Origin: a virus
Virus record (IMG/VR): IMGVR_UViG_3300023184_000038
Span: 79,666 to 143,665 of that record
Reading direction: 5' to 3' (one strand)
Length of the DNA stretch: 64,000 bases
Under the pieces are notes generated by a model. It saw nothing but the letters and a program-made list of their open reading frames with translations. It searched no databases and was not told the DNA's origin. The translations under genes and the position numbers were made by a program. Shown in pieces: positions 56,758-64,000 of this stretch (positions within the stretch are counted from its first letter, which is position 1; every line of letters begins with the position of its first letter).

Positions 56758-57015
56758 ATGACCGTAACTAAGCAAGCTCGCCTAATCAAGGCACTTCAAA
56801 ATGGTGAGCAACTCACCGCAAAGCAAATCACCCATCGTTTTGGGATTTCTAATCCTACTGCAACCGTAAGCGATATTCGCTTTTCTGGATTTGCAGTATA
56901 CGCTAATAAGCGTACAAATAAACTTGGTCAAACCTTTACCAAGTACCGTTTGGGAACACCTGCTCGTGCAGTAGTAGCCGCCGGATATCGTGCATTGGCA
57001 CAAGCCGCAGTCTAA
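56758..57015 (+). CDS. Winged-helix/HTH DNA-binding protein
   Basis: GEQLTAKQI..RFGISNPTATVSDIR..G; YRLG. Confidence 0.65.
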   Translation: MTVTKQARLIKALQNGEQLTAKQITHRFGISNPTATVSDIRFSGFAVYANKRTNKLGQTFTKYRLGTPARAVVAAGYRALAQAAV

Positions 57016-57031
57016 TTTTATTAGACTTAGC

Positions 57032-57058
57032 AAAAGAGGGTGATTATCACCCTTTTTT
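57032..57058 (+). terminator. Rho-independent terminator
   Basis: GAGGGTGA/TCACCCTT stem followed by T-run. Confidence 0.8.
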
Positions 57059-57094
57059 GTTGCCGGTAATTGTATAGTATGCTATAATACATCT

Positions 57095-57610
57095 ATGAAT
57101 ATTTTTCATAAAATAATGATAAAATTAGATAGGTATAGATTAATACCTGATCGAAGAACCGGAGCAGATTATATGCATCGGTATTATATATTTTTAAAAA
57201 ATCGCAAATGGTTTCCATTCAATATAACTTTACATAAAATTGTTCGTAGTGATGATCCAATTTTGCATGACCATCCATGGTCTTACTTGACAGTTATCCT
57301 TAAAGGTGGTTATTGGGAACATACCCCGATATTTGATACTAATGGCAAGATGCTTACTGAATTTCAAACATGGCGCGGACCTGGGTCTATAATTTATCGT
57401 AAAGCAAATGAATATCATTGGCTAGAATTAGATGAAGATAAACCTGCTACTACATTATTCTTTATGGGAGCCCAGCAAAGAGAATGGGGTTTTTTAACTA
57501 AAACTAAAGCAGGAAAAAATCGGTGGATTAGAAATGACTATTATCTTTCTGATTGGAAATCTTATCATAAAAAATATGTAGAATCAAAATTAACAACAGG
57601 AAAGAAATAA
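57095..57610 (+). CDS. Cupin-like conserved phage protein
   Basis: LHDHPW..ILKGGYWE, HWLEL, REWGF; promoter TTGCCG-17-TATAAT upstream. Confidence 0.7.
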   Translation: MNIFHKIMIKLDRYRLIPDRRTGADYMHRYYIFLKNRKWFPFNITLHKIVRSDDPILHDHPWSYLTVILKGGYWEHTPIFDTNGKMLTEFQTWRGPGSIIYRKANEYHWLELDEDKPATTLFFMGAQQREWGFLTKTKAGKNRWIRNDYYLSDWKSYHKKYVESKLTTGKK

Positions 57611-57613
57611 ATT

Positions 57614-57931
57614 ATGTACATTACATTAACAAATGCGGCTGCTGCTCACAAAGGGGCTAAAATTGCAATCAACACCAATTTGATAGCAACAATCCATACA
57701 ACAATGGTTGAACGAGAGTCAAATGTATGGGAAGAAATTACTTATATTTTTTGTCCGCCATACGGTACTTGGGAAGTATCAGAATCGCACGACCATGTGG
57801 TGTCAGAATTAAATAAAATGCAAAGCAGTATACCCAATCTTGCTAGTTTAGTGGCAATGACAATTGCACAACCAAAACAACAACCTAGTAATGTTAACAC
57901 AGACGTAAATCGCAATGAACGACAACACTAA
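57614..57931 (+). CDS. Hypothetical protein
   Basis: ORF in operon. Confidence 0.6.
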   Translation: MYITLTNAAAAHKGAKIAINTNLIATIHTTMVERESNVWEEITYIFCPPYGTWEVSESHDHVVSELNKMQSSIPNLASLVAMTIAQPKQQPSNVNTDVNRNERQH

Positions 57932-58196
57932 AGAAATCTTACTTATTCTACAAGAAGAATGTGCTGAGGTAACTCAAGCAGTTAGTAAATGTTTTAGATT
58001 TGGTATGTATAAAATAAAACCAAATAAACCAATGACCAACATACAAATGTTAGAAGAAGAAGTTGGAGACTTAATGGCCATGGTAGAGTTACTAACAGAT
58101 TTGAATATTGGTATCACCCAAGAAGGAATACATGAGGCTAAAATGAAAAAGTTTGAAAAGTTGAAAACGTGGTCTAACCTAATTATTAATAAATAA
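57915..58196 (+). CDS. MazG-like nucleotide pyrophosphohydrolase
   Basis: QEECAEV..AVSK..RFG and LEEEVGDL. Confidence 0.8.
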   Translation: MNDNTKEILLILQEECAEVTQAVSKCFRFGMYKIKPNKPMTNIQMLEEEVGDLMAMVELLTDLNIGITQEGIHEAKMKKFEKLKTWSNLIINK

Positions 58197-58200
58197 TTGT

Positions 58201-58575
58201 ATGGATATAACTTTTATTGATATATTAATTTTTTGCATTGGCTGGTTTCTAGGATCCAGATGGATGGCATTTAATATTATGTTGTATATTACAACTACTT
58301 GTAAAAAACATAATATTACTATACCCGGTATTACTACTGATAGTTCTTTACCAAAAGTTATCACCACTAATACTATATTACGTACTGAAACAGTAAACGG
58401 AGTATTGTTTTTGTATAATAAAACTACACAGGCTTTTTTATGTCAAGCAAACACCTTAGAAGAAATTGCTAGTTTATATAAAAAATATCATACTGATAAA
58501 CTTGCTGCCGTAATACACAATAATAAAAATATTTGGTTTAAAGACGGTGAGGTGCATGTTGATGAACTCAATTAG
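58201..58575 (+). CDS. Membrane-anchored hypothetical protein
   Basis: N-terminal TM. Confidence 0.6.
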   Translation: MDITFIDILIFCIGWFLGSRWMAFNIMLYITTTCKKHNITIPGITTDSSLPKVITTNTILRTETVNGVLFLYNKTTQAFLCQANTLEEIASLYKKYHTDKLAAVIHNNKNIWFKDGEVHVDELN

Positions 58576-58795
58576 TCATATGGCATTAACCTTGTCAGAT
58601 AATAAAAAAACTACTAAATTTATTAGTAAAAAAGAGTATAATAGATTTTATAAAGAATACATTTTTGATAAACTTCAGAATATATTATACGGTGCGGCAT
58701 TTTGTAAAAAATTTAATATTCGTAATCCTATACTAAGTATGATACAAGATGAAAAAACCGCAAGACATTGGATAGAAACTAGTTATATTAAATGA
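58562..58795 (+). CDS. Hypothetical protein
   Basis: ORF, ATGA overlap with ferredoxin. Confidence 0.5.
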   Translation: MNSISHMALTLSDNKKTTKFISKKEYNRFYKEYIFDKLQNILYGAAFCKKFNIRNPILSMIQDEKTARHWIETSYIK

Positions 58796-59115
58796 CACAT
58801 TTAGTTACTGAACAATGTATTAAGTGCAAGCATACAGATTGCGTTACGGTTTGTCCTGTGGATTGCTTTAAAGAGGGACCGAATTTTTTAGTAATTGATC
58901 CTGATGAATGTATTGATTGCGGAGTGTGTATACCCGAGTGCCCGGTAGATGCTATTGTAACCGATGACGATAAAAATGTAAATGTGCCTTTTTGGTTTGA
59001 ACTTAACAGTAGGTTGAGTAGAAAATGGCCAGTTATAACTAAAGAAAAAGCACCATTGCCTGATGCTGAATTTTGGAAAGATAAACCTAATAAATTAGAA
59101 TTGCTAGAAGAATGA
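58792..59115 (+). CDS. fdxA: 7Fe ferredoxin (FdxA type)
   Basis: [30 protein letters not shown]. Confidence 0.93.
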   Translation: MTHLVTEQCIKCKHTDCVTVCPVDCFKEGPNFLVIDPDECIDCGVCIPECPVDAIVTDDDKNVNVPFWFELNSRLSRKWPVITKEKAPLPDAEFWKDKPNKLELLEE

Positions 59116-59564
59116 AGAATAAATTTATTAAGTATTATATGGATGTTGCACAATTAACAAGCACCTTAAGTTATGCAACTAGATTGCAAGTTGGTGCTGT
59201 AATAGTTAAGGGTCACAAGATACTTGCTACTGGATATAATGGAATGCCTGCAGGATGGGATAATAACTGCGAGGATGAGATTGGGCATGTGCTAGATGAT
59301 GCCAATCACATTGTTGAGATTAGATTAAAAACCAAACAAGAAGTTTTACATGCAGAAAGTAATGCTCTGATGAAGGTTGCTAGTAGTACTGAATCTAGCG
59401 AAAATTCTACTATGTTTTGTACTCATGCACCGTGCATTCACTGTGCTAAATTAATTTATCAAAGCGGCATTAATAGTTTATATTATCGCAATACTTACCG
59501 TGATACTGCAGGACTAGAATTCTTAGAAAAGAGCGGAGTAAGTGTTACCCAGTATTGCACCTAA
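59112..59564 (+). CDS. dCMP deaminase
   Basis: GYNG, HAESNA, PCIHC. Confidence 0.92.
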   Translation: MKNKFIKYYMDVAQLTSTLSYATRLQVGAVIVKGHKILATGYNGMPAGWDNNCEDEIGHVLDDANHIVEIRLKTKQEVLHAESNALMKVASSTESSENSTMFCTHAPCIHCAKLIYQSGINSLYYRNTYRDTAGLEFLEKSGVSVTQYCT

Positions 59565-59748
59565 ATATTCTGTATTAATTAATTTAAAGTTCGGAGAATT
59601 AACCGGGCTTATTAATTGGTGCCAATTAGAATGCGAAAAAAAGTGGGACTATAGTATAGTAGATATGGCAGGTTCTTTACCAGGTAAATATGAGTTTAAT
59701 TTTACTGATAAAACTGACTACATCAATTTTATTCTTTGGAAAAAATAA
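59542..59748 (+). CDS. Hypothetical protein
   Basis: ORF. Confidence 0.5.
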   Translation: MLPSIAPKYSVLINLKFGELTGLINWCQLECEKKWDYSIVDMAGSLPGKYEFNFTDKTDYINFILWKK

Positions 59749-59754
59749 GTTTAA

Positions 59755-60498
59755 TTAACTTATGTTCTTTTGTGAAAGAAGTTCCGCTTCTGGAATTCTT
59801 GTTTTAGTATTTTTACTTCCCAATAATATCACCGTACGCACTCCGTATACAGTATCTAACATCATAACGATACATCCACCGCTTTTATTAATAAATCCAG
59901 TTTTACTAACAATAAAGTGATATCCTTTACCAACCAATGAGTTTGTATTTCTAAAATCAGCCCATTTATTTTTATTGATTAGCCAGCGAATTATATTTTT
60001 ATTGCTGGCTTCAGTAATAATATTATATTTACTAGCAGCAGACACTAGTTTAATCAAGTCCTCAGCAGTACTTACATTAGTCTGTAATAGTCCAGTAGGG
60101 TCACTAAAGACTGTATTACTCATTTGTAATGTTTCCGCTTTAGCATTCATTGCTGCTACACATGCAGAATTACCTCCTGGATAATAATCACATAACATTT
60201 TGGCTGCTGTATTATCAGATTTTACAATGGCTAATTCAATTAATGTTAGTCTTGTTAATTTTTTGTTATAAAGTTTTTTAGGTATAATTTCTGTTAAAGA
60301 TTGATTACTGTCTAATATAATCATTGCTGTCATTAATTTTGTAATACTAGCAATAGACCGTATCTCAGAAGTATTAGTTCCTTCTAGAATTTTTCCCGTT
60401 GCATCTGTGATTGCCCATGCGTGAGCAGTTACCTCAGGTTGAGACACGGCAACTATATGATATAGGGCTAGTAAACTAGCAATAATATATTTCTTCAA
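59755..60498 (-). CDS. D-Ala-D-Ala peptidase, S11 family (PbpG/DacA-like), secreted
   Basis: SITK (SxxK), SDN, KTG; signal peptide from TTG 60498. Confidence 0.9.
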   Translation of the reverse strand: MKKYIIASLLALYHIVAVSQPEVTAHAWAITDATGKILEGTNTSEIRSIASITKLMTAMIILDSNQSLTEIIPKKLYNKKLTRLTLIELAIVKSDNTAAKMLCDYYPGGNSACVAAMNAKAETLQMSNTVFSDPTGLLQTNVSTAEDLIKLVSAASKYNIITEASNKNIIRWLINKNKWADFRNTNSLVGKGYHFIVSKTGFINKSGGCIVMMLDTVYGVRTVILLGSKNTKTRIPEAELLSQKNIS

Positions 60499-60505
60499 AC
60501 TTATT

Positions 60506-60838
60506 TTATAAAATTTTATAAGAATTCTTATAAGAATTCTTATATGGAACTGTAGTAAACTCGTTCCCACCAAACACTATGCAACTAATAGATTCTTTAA
60601 TATTAGATGCTACTAGAGTCCAAGATGCTACTATCGGATTACTCCACAATGTCATCACTGTATTATCATTTATTTTCCCCATAGCCACTGGGATTTCTTT
60701 GTATTTTTGATTTAATGTCGCAAACACTTCAACTGAAGTATAACACCTTTCATTAATAATTGCTTGTTGTTCGGGGGTTTGTTGCCCAAAAATAGGGAAC
60801 GGAGTGATACTGAGTAGTATAACTAATAGATATTTCAT
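60506..60838 (-). CDS. Secreted hypothetical protein
   Basis: Signal peptide, Cys pair. Confidence 0.6.
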   Translation of the reverse strand: MKYLLVILLSITPFPIFGQQTPEQQAIINERCYTSVEVFATLNQKYKEIPVAMGKINDNTVMTLWSNPIVASWTLVASNIKESISCIVFGGNEFTTVPYKNSYKNSYKIL

Positions 60839-60841
60839 CTA

Positions 60842-60985
60842 TTATTTATCAGGTATGGGTGTTTGTTTAGTTGATACTTTATCTTTGATTTCTTTTAATA
60901 GTTTTTCTACCATTGGACTGGGATGATGCCGGTGATATAATTTTGCAGGTTCTTTTACTTTGGGTTTTCTTTTAAACCAACTCAT
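60842..60985 (-). CDS. Small basic protein (47 aa, not in ORF track)
   Basis: MSWFKRKPKVKEPAK... Confidence 0.45.
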   Translation of the reverse strand: MSWFKRKPKVKEPAKLYHRHHPSPMVEKLLKEIKDKVSTKQTPIPDK

Positions 60986-61022
60986 ATGTTTTTTCCATAC
61001 AAATTTCTTTTTAAATTTCTTT

Positions 61023-61247
61023 TTACCAAGTCATAGCAGTGCTAGATATCTTACGCAATCCAATATTAATTAGACTCATAGCAACCATTTGATATTCTGG
61101 TGGAAGTACAAATCCCCATTTAGCCTGTACCGCAATAAAGAGCCCGGCTACTACATTAGCCCAAAATGTTTTGCTATAATACCATTTTTTACCAGTCATT
61201 TCTCCATCGATAACCTCTACTACTGCCGCATTTATATTTGGTGTCAT
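61023..61247 (-). CDS. Small membrane protein, holin-like
   Basis: KKWYYSKTFWAN plus two TM segments; late box upstream. Confidence 0.5.
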   Translation of the reverse strand: MTPNINAAVVEVIDGEMTGKKWYYSKTFWANVVAGLFIAVQAKWGFVLPPEYQMVAMSLINIGLRKISSTAMTW

Positions 61248-61273
61248 TTTATATCCTTTTTAAATTATCATTA

Positions 61274-61921
61274 CTATTTATCAATCATTAATTGGTTAAC
61301 GAACTCTAAAAGTAAAGTATGGTGACGGCCTTCATGCCAATGTCCGGACATTTGCTTATAACTATCATACCAAAACTTTTCACTTTCCGGATGGCATCCT
61401 ATTAATCCAATGCGTCCTTGTATAATAGCCATGGGATTACCATTAGCATATGTGGCTACTGTGGTAAATTTTGATGAGTTACCAACTAATGCACAGCCGT
61501 CATTAAAAAACATTTTGTCAGGTTGTCCATTCCATGTAATTGAAATTGCCTTTGTGTGTGGTCTACGGGTATCTGACAGTGGTTGTTTATAATATTGTAC
61601 AGCATCAACTTCATCTAAAATGTTAAAGTAATGACTTCCTGCCCAATATGCGCCCATACATATTCCTAAATATCTGCCGCCATTGTTAACAAAATTTTTA
61701 ATTAAGTGTTTACTATTTTTTAATAGATAGTCGTATGAATCTGAATTTCCAAATCCTCCTGGAAATGCAACCATATCAACTTCATCAAAAAATCCTTTTT
61801 CTAATGTATGCTTAGAAAAGATTTTAAAATTATACTCACTAGACAACGCCTTAATAATACCATTTCCAGATTGTGTACTACACATTGGTTGGTGTACAAA
61901 CAATGCAATTGTCTGTTTCAT
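61274..61921 (-). CDS. BPL_N / class I glutamine amidotransferase-like protein
   Basis: FPGG, YLGICMGAY (nucleophile elbow), HPE. Confidence 0.8.
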   Translation of the reverse strand: MKQTIALFVHQPMCSTQSGNGIIKALSSEYNFKIFSKHTLEKGFFDEVDMVAFPGGFGNSDSYDYLLKNSKHLIKNFVNNGGRYLGICMGAYWAGSHYFNILDEVDAVQYYKQPLSDTRRPHTKAISITWNGQPDKMFFNDGCALVGNSSKFTTVATYANGNPMAIIQGRIGLIGCHPESEKFWYDSYKQMSGHWHEGRHHTLLLEFVNQLMIDK

Positions 61922-61922
61922 G

Positions 61923-62066
61923 TTACCTAGTAAGTAGTTTAAACAATATTAGGTCTCTTGCATCTTCTCTTGCACTTAATGCAACTTCTGCTGCACTTGG
62001 TGTCCAAGCTGAAGCACAAGTTGATGCAAATACTGCAATTACAAATATAAACGATGTTAGTTTCAT
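61923..62066 (-). CDS. Small secreted peptide (47 aa, not in ORF track)
   Basis: MKLTSFIFVIAVFASTCASA signal peptide. Confidence 0.45.
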   Translation of the reverse strand: MKLTSFIFVIAVFASTCASAWTPSAAEVALSAREDARDLILFKLLTR

Positions 62067-62067
62067 G

Positions 62068-62775
62068 TTAGTTTTTCCTTTTAAATTCTCGTATAACAGC
62101 CTTTACTAAACTGTCAATGCTGTTAATGATTGGTGTATCCTGTACTGTATCTTCTTTAATAGACAGTGGTATTTCTGTACAGCCTAATACCACTGATTTT
62201 GCTCCCTTGTCAATAAGACTATGAATAATCGTCATGAACATTGAGTGTGCTTCTGCAATCTGATTGGCTTTGATTAAATCAATTGCGGGCTGTACTTGCG
62301 TATCCATTTGTTCTTTAGTGGGTGTGATACAATCCCACCCTAATTTATTCAGTTGATATTGATACAATCCATATTCAATTGTTGCTTTTGTACCTATAAT
62401 ACCTATTTTATCATTAGTAATTTTTATGTCACGCAATGCGTCAGCCACACTATCAACAATATGAATAATTTTTGCGTTCCAAGCGGCTATTTTTTCCAAA
62501 TGAGAAAACCAAAAATGTGCTGTATTACACGGGATAACAATAGTTGTACATCCTGCTATTTTTAATCCTTGTATCCCTGCCAACAGATAGGGTAGCGGTC
62601 GGTCATCTCCATTCAACATACTTGTACTACGATCCGGAACAGTTGGATCACTCCATAGCACAAACGGGATATGATCTTGATCTTTAGTTGCTGGGGTTTT
62701 TGCAACAAGTCTAGTTACAAATTCGTTGCTAGCCGCTGGTCCCATCCCGCCTAGTATACCAAGTTTTTTAATCAT
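62068..62775 (-). CDS. Aspartate/glutamate racemase family protein
   Basis: LGGMGPAA, DQDH, PDRS, PCNTAH, LGCTEIP. Confidence 0.92.
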   Translation of the reverse strand: MIKKLGILGGMGPAASNEFVTRLVAKTPATKDQDHIPFVLWSDPTVPDRSTSMLNGDDRPLPYLLAGIQGLKIAGCTTIVIPCNTAHFWFSHLEKIAAWNAKIIHIVDSVADALRDIKITNDKIGIIGTKATIEYGLYQYQLNKLGWDCITPTKEQMDTQVQPAIDLIKANQIAEAHSMFMTIIHSLIDKGAKSVVLGCTEIPLSIKEDTVQDTPIINSIDSLVKAVIREFKRKN

Positions 62776-62842
62776 ATTAAAATTAATATAATTATTATGA
62801 ATATAATACCGGCGATGACTGCGGGTAATCTCATTATATTTA

Positions 62843-63802
62843 TTATTGTGTACCGCTTGCTGCGGCTAAAAAATATTTAGCCGAACTAAGTGGACCACGT
62901 ACACTAGCAGTTGCAGTATCGGTTGCATATGTTATTCGTTGTACTAATGAAGTACTCGGCCTGCCACCACCAAACCAGCCATCAGTTGTATTACCTGCTG
63001 CGGCTAAATTATAGTTAGTCGCACTAAGTGGACCACGCACTGACGCGGTTGCAGTATCGGTTGCATATGTAATTCGGTTTACGATTGTGGTTTCGCCGCC
63101 AGATGATTTGCCGCCACCAAACCAGCCATCAGTAGTATTACCTGCTGCGGCTAAAACACGTTTACCCTGACTAAGTGGTCCACGTACACTTGCCGTTGCA
63201 GTATCGGTTGCATATGTTATTCGGTCTACTGTTGAAAGGGCGATACCGGCTTCGCCGCCGCCAAACCATCCATAATCACTATTACCTGCTGCGGCTAAAT
63301 ACGATTTACTCGAACTAAGTGGCCCGCGCACACTTGCCGTTGCGGTATCGGTTGCATATGTTATTCGGTCTACTCTTGACACCGCGCCGCCGGGGTAGGC
63401 TCCACCAAACCATCCGTCAGTAGTATTACCTGCTGCGGCTAACCCATATCTAGCTAAACTAAGCGGACCGCGTACACTTGCCGTTGCGGTATCCGTTGCA
63501 TATGTGATTCGGTCTACAGTTGAAAAAGTTAATGGATTGGTAAACCCCGGATTATTAGTATACCCGCCTCCAAACCAACCATCAGTAAAATTACCCGCAG
63601 CGGCTAATTTAGTTCTAGTCCCACTAAGCGGACCACGTACTGTAGCGGTTGCAGTATCGGTTGCGAATGTGATTCGGTCTACGGTTGAGGTATATGGAAA
63701 TTGGCCACCGCCAAACCAAGCCGCAGTGTAGTCTACAGGTGCCTCTGTAAAAGTAAATCCACCTGAAAAAGATAGCCCTGCTGTTAATGTTAATCCTGAC
63801 AT
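62843..63802 (-). CDS. Six-repeat kelch-like beta-propeller protein, probably virion-associated
   Basis: Six ~50-aa repeats WFGGG..VDRITYATDTATASVRGPLS..LAAAG; TATAAATA late box upstream. Confidence 0.7.
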   Translation of the reverse strand: MSGLTLTAGLSFSGGFTFTEAPVDYTAAWFGGGQFPYTSTVDRITFATDTATATVRGPLSGTRTKLAAAGNFTDGWFGGGYTNNPGFTNPLTFSTVDRITYATDTATASVRGPLSLARYGLAAAGNTTDGWFGGAYPGGAVSRVDRITYATDTATASVRGPLSSSKSYLAAAGNSDYGWFGGGEAGIALSTVDRITYATDTATASVRGPLSQGKRVLAAAGNTTDGWFGGGKSSGGETTIVNRITYATDTATASVRGPLSATNYNLAAAGNTTDGWFGGGRPSTSLVQRITYATDTATASVRGPLSSAKYFLAAASGTQ

Positions 63803-63857
63803 AGTATAATCCTTGTTATGTTATATTTATAATTGCATCTGGCGGACGCAGACAATT

Positions 63858-64000
63858 TTATTTTTTATCAAACAATAAACTTGACGCAACAATTAGTACA
63901 GTCTGTGCTATCTCTATTTGTTCTGGTTGCTCTTTCCAACCTACACTTATTTGTCCTATAAACAAGCCTGGATCTGCTGGTACGCTTATACGACACATGT
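63858..64000 (-). CDS. 3' end of a gene truncated by the window edge
   Basis: ..MCRISVPADPGLFIGQISVGWKEQP..LLFDKK-stop. Confidence 0.55.
   Translation of the reverse strand, partial: MCRISVPADPGLFIGQISVGWKEQPEQIEIAQTVLIVASSLLFDKK

Noticed and set aside
60517-60544. 12-bp palindromic tandem TTATAAGAATTC
   Set aside because: Simple slippage in a C-terminal tail (YKNSYKNSYK); no further support for function
62843-63802. Diversity-generating retroelement target
   Set aside because: No reverse transcriptase or non-coding template repeat in the window; variation includes indels and is not adenine-specific
1-64000. Stop-codon reassignment, as in some huge phages
   Set aside because: Conserved genes are full length in the standard code and TAA, TGA and TAG all end genes at expected positions
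1-64000. Bacterial chromosome origin (dnaK, clpX, clpP, folE, fdxA)
   Set aside because: PolB, clamp, RNase H, ATP ligase, TAAATA late boxes and dense small ORFs indicate a T4-like phage
1-64000. tRNA, rRNA, introns, inteins, transposases
   Set aside because: No cloverleaf or T-loop pattern in intergenic gaps and no insertions in conserved enzymes seen by eye; tRNAscan-SE would be needed to be sure

Overview
AT-rich 64 kb segment of a large T4-like ('jumbo/huge') dsDNA bacteriophage, read in the standard genetic code. A freshwater betaproteobacterial host is inferred from the style of its DnaK, ClpX, FdxA and secreted proteins. In order, the window holds: (i) a family B DNA polymerase and sliding clamp; (ii) a 7-deazaguanine DNA-modification cluster (DpdA/TGT-fold, DpdL-like, FolE, QueD, QueE, no QueC seen) interleaved with two glycosyltransferases, two cytidylyltransferases, NagB and GalE; (iii) a minus-strand late block of probable internal head proteins with shared MKIN.. 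N-termini and a nucleotide-conserved QGVAE repeat; (iv) UvsE, RNase H, many small hypothetical genes, radical SAM proteins and ATP-dependent ligase; (v) a proteostasis set (ClpX, DnaK, Hsp20, ClpS, ClpP, YccA); (vi) a cell-wall/lysis-like block and a beta-propeller repeat protein. The most unusual signals are non-coding or sub-gene. These are ten copies of a sigma70 promoter repeat delimiting one-gene cassettes, where the -35 box often supplies the upstream stop codon; DNA-conserved anchors bounding variable peptide modules; a preQ1-I-like pseudoknot candidate before queD; and paired ROSE-like leaders before dnaK and hsp20. All protein calls come from motif recognition by eye; no database searches were run.
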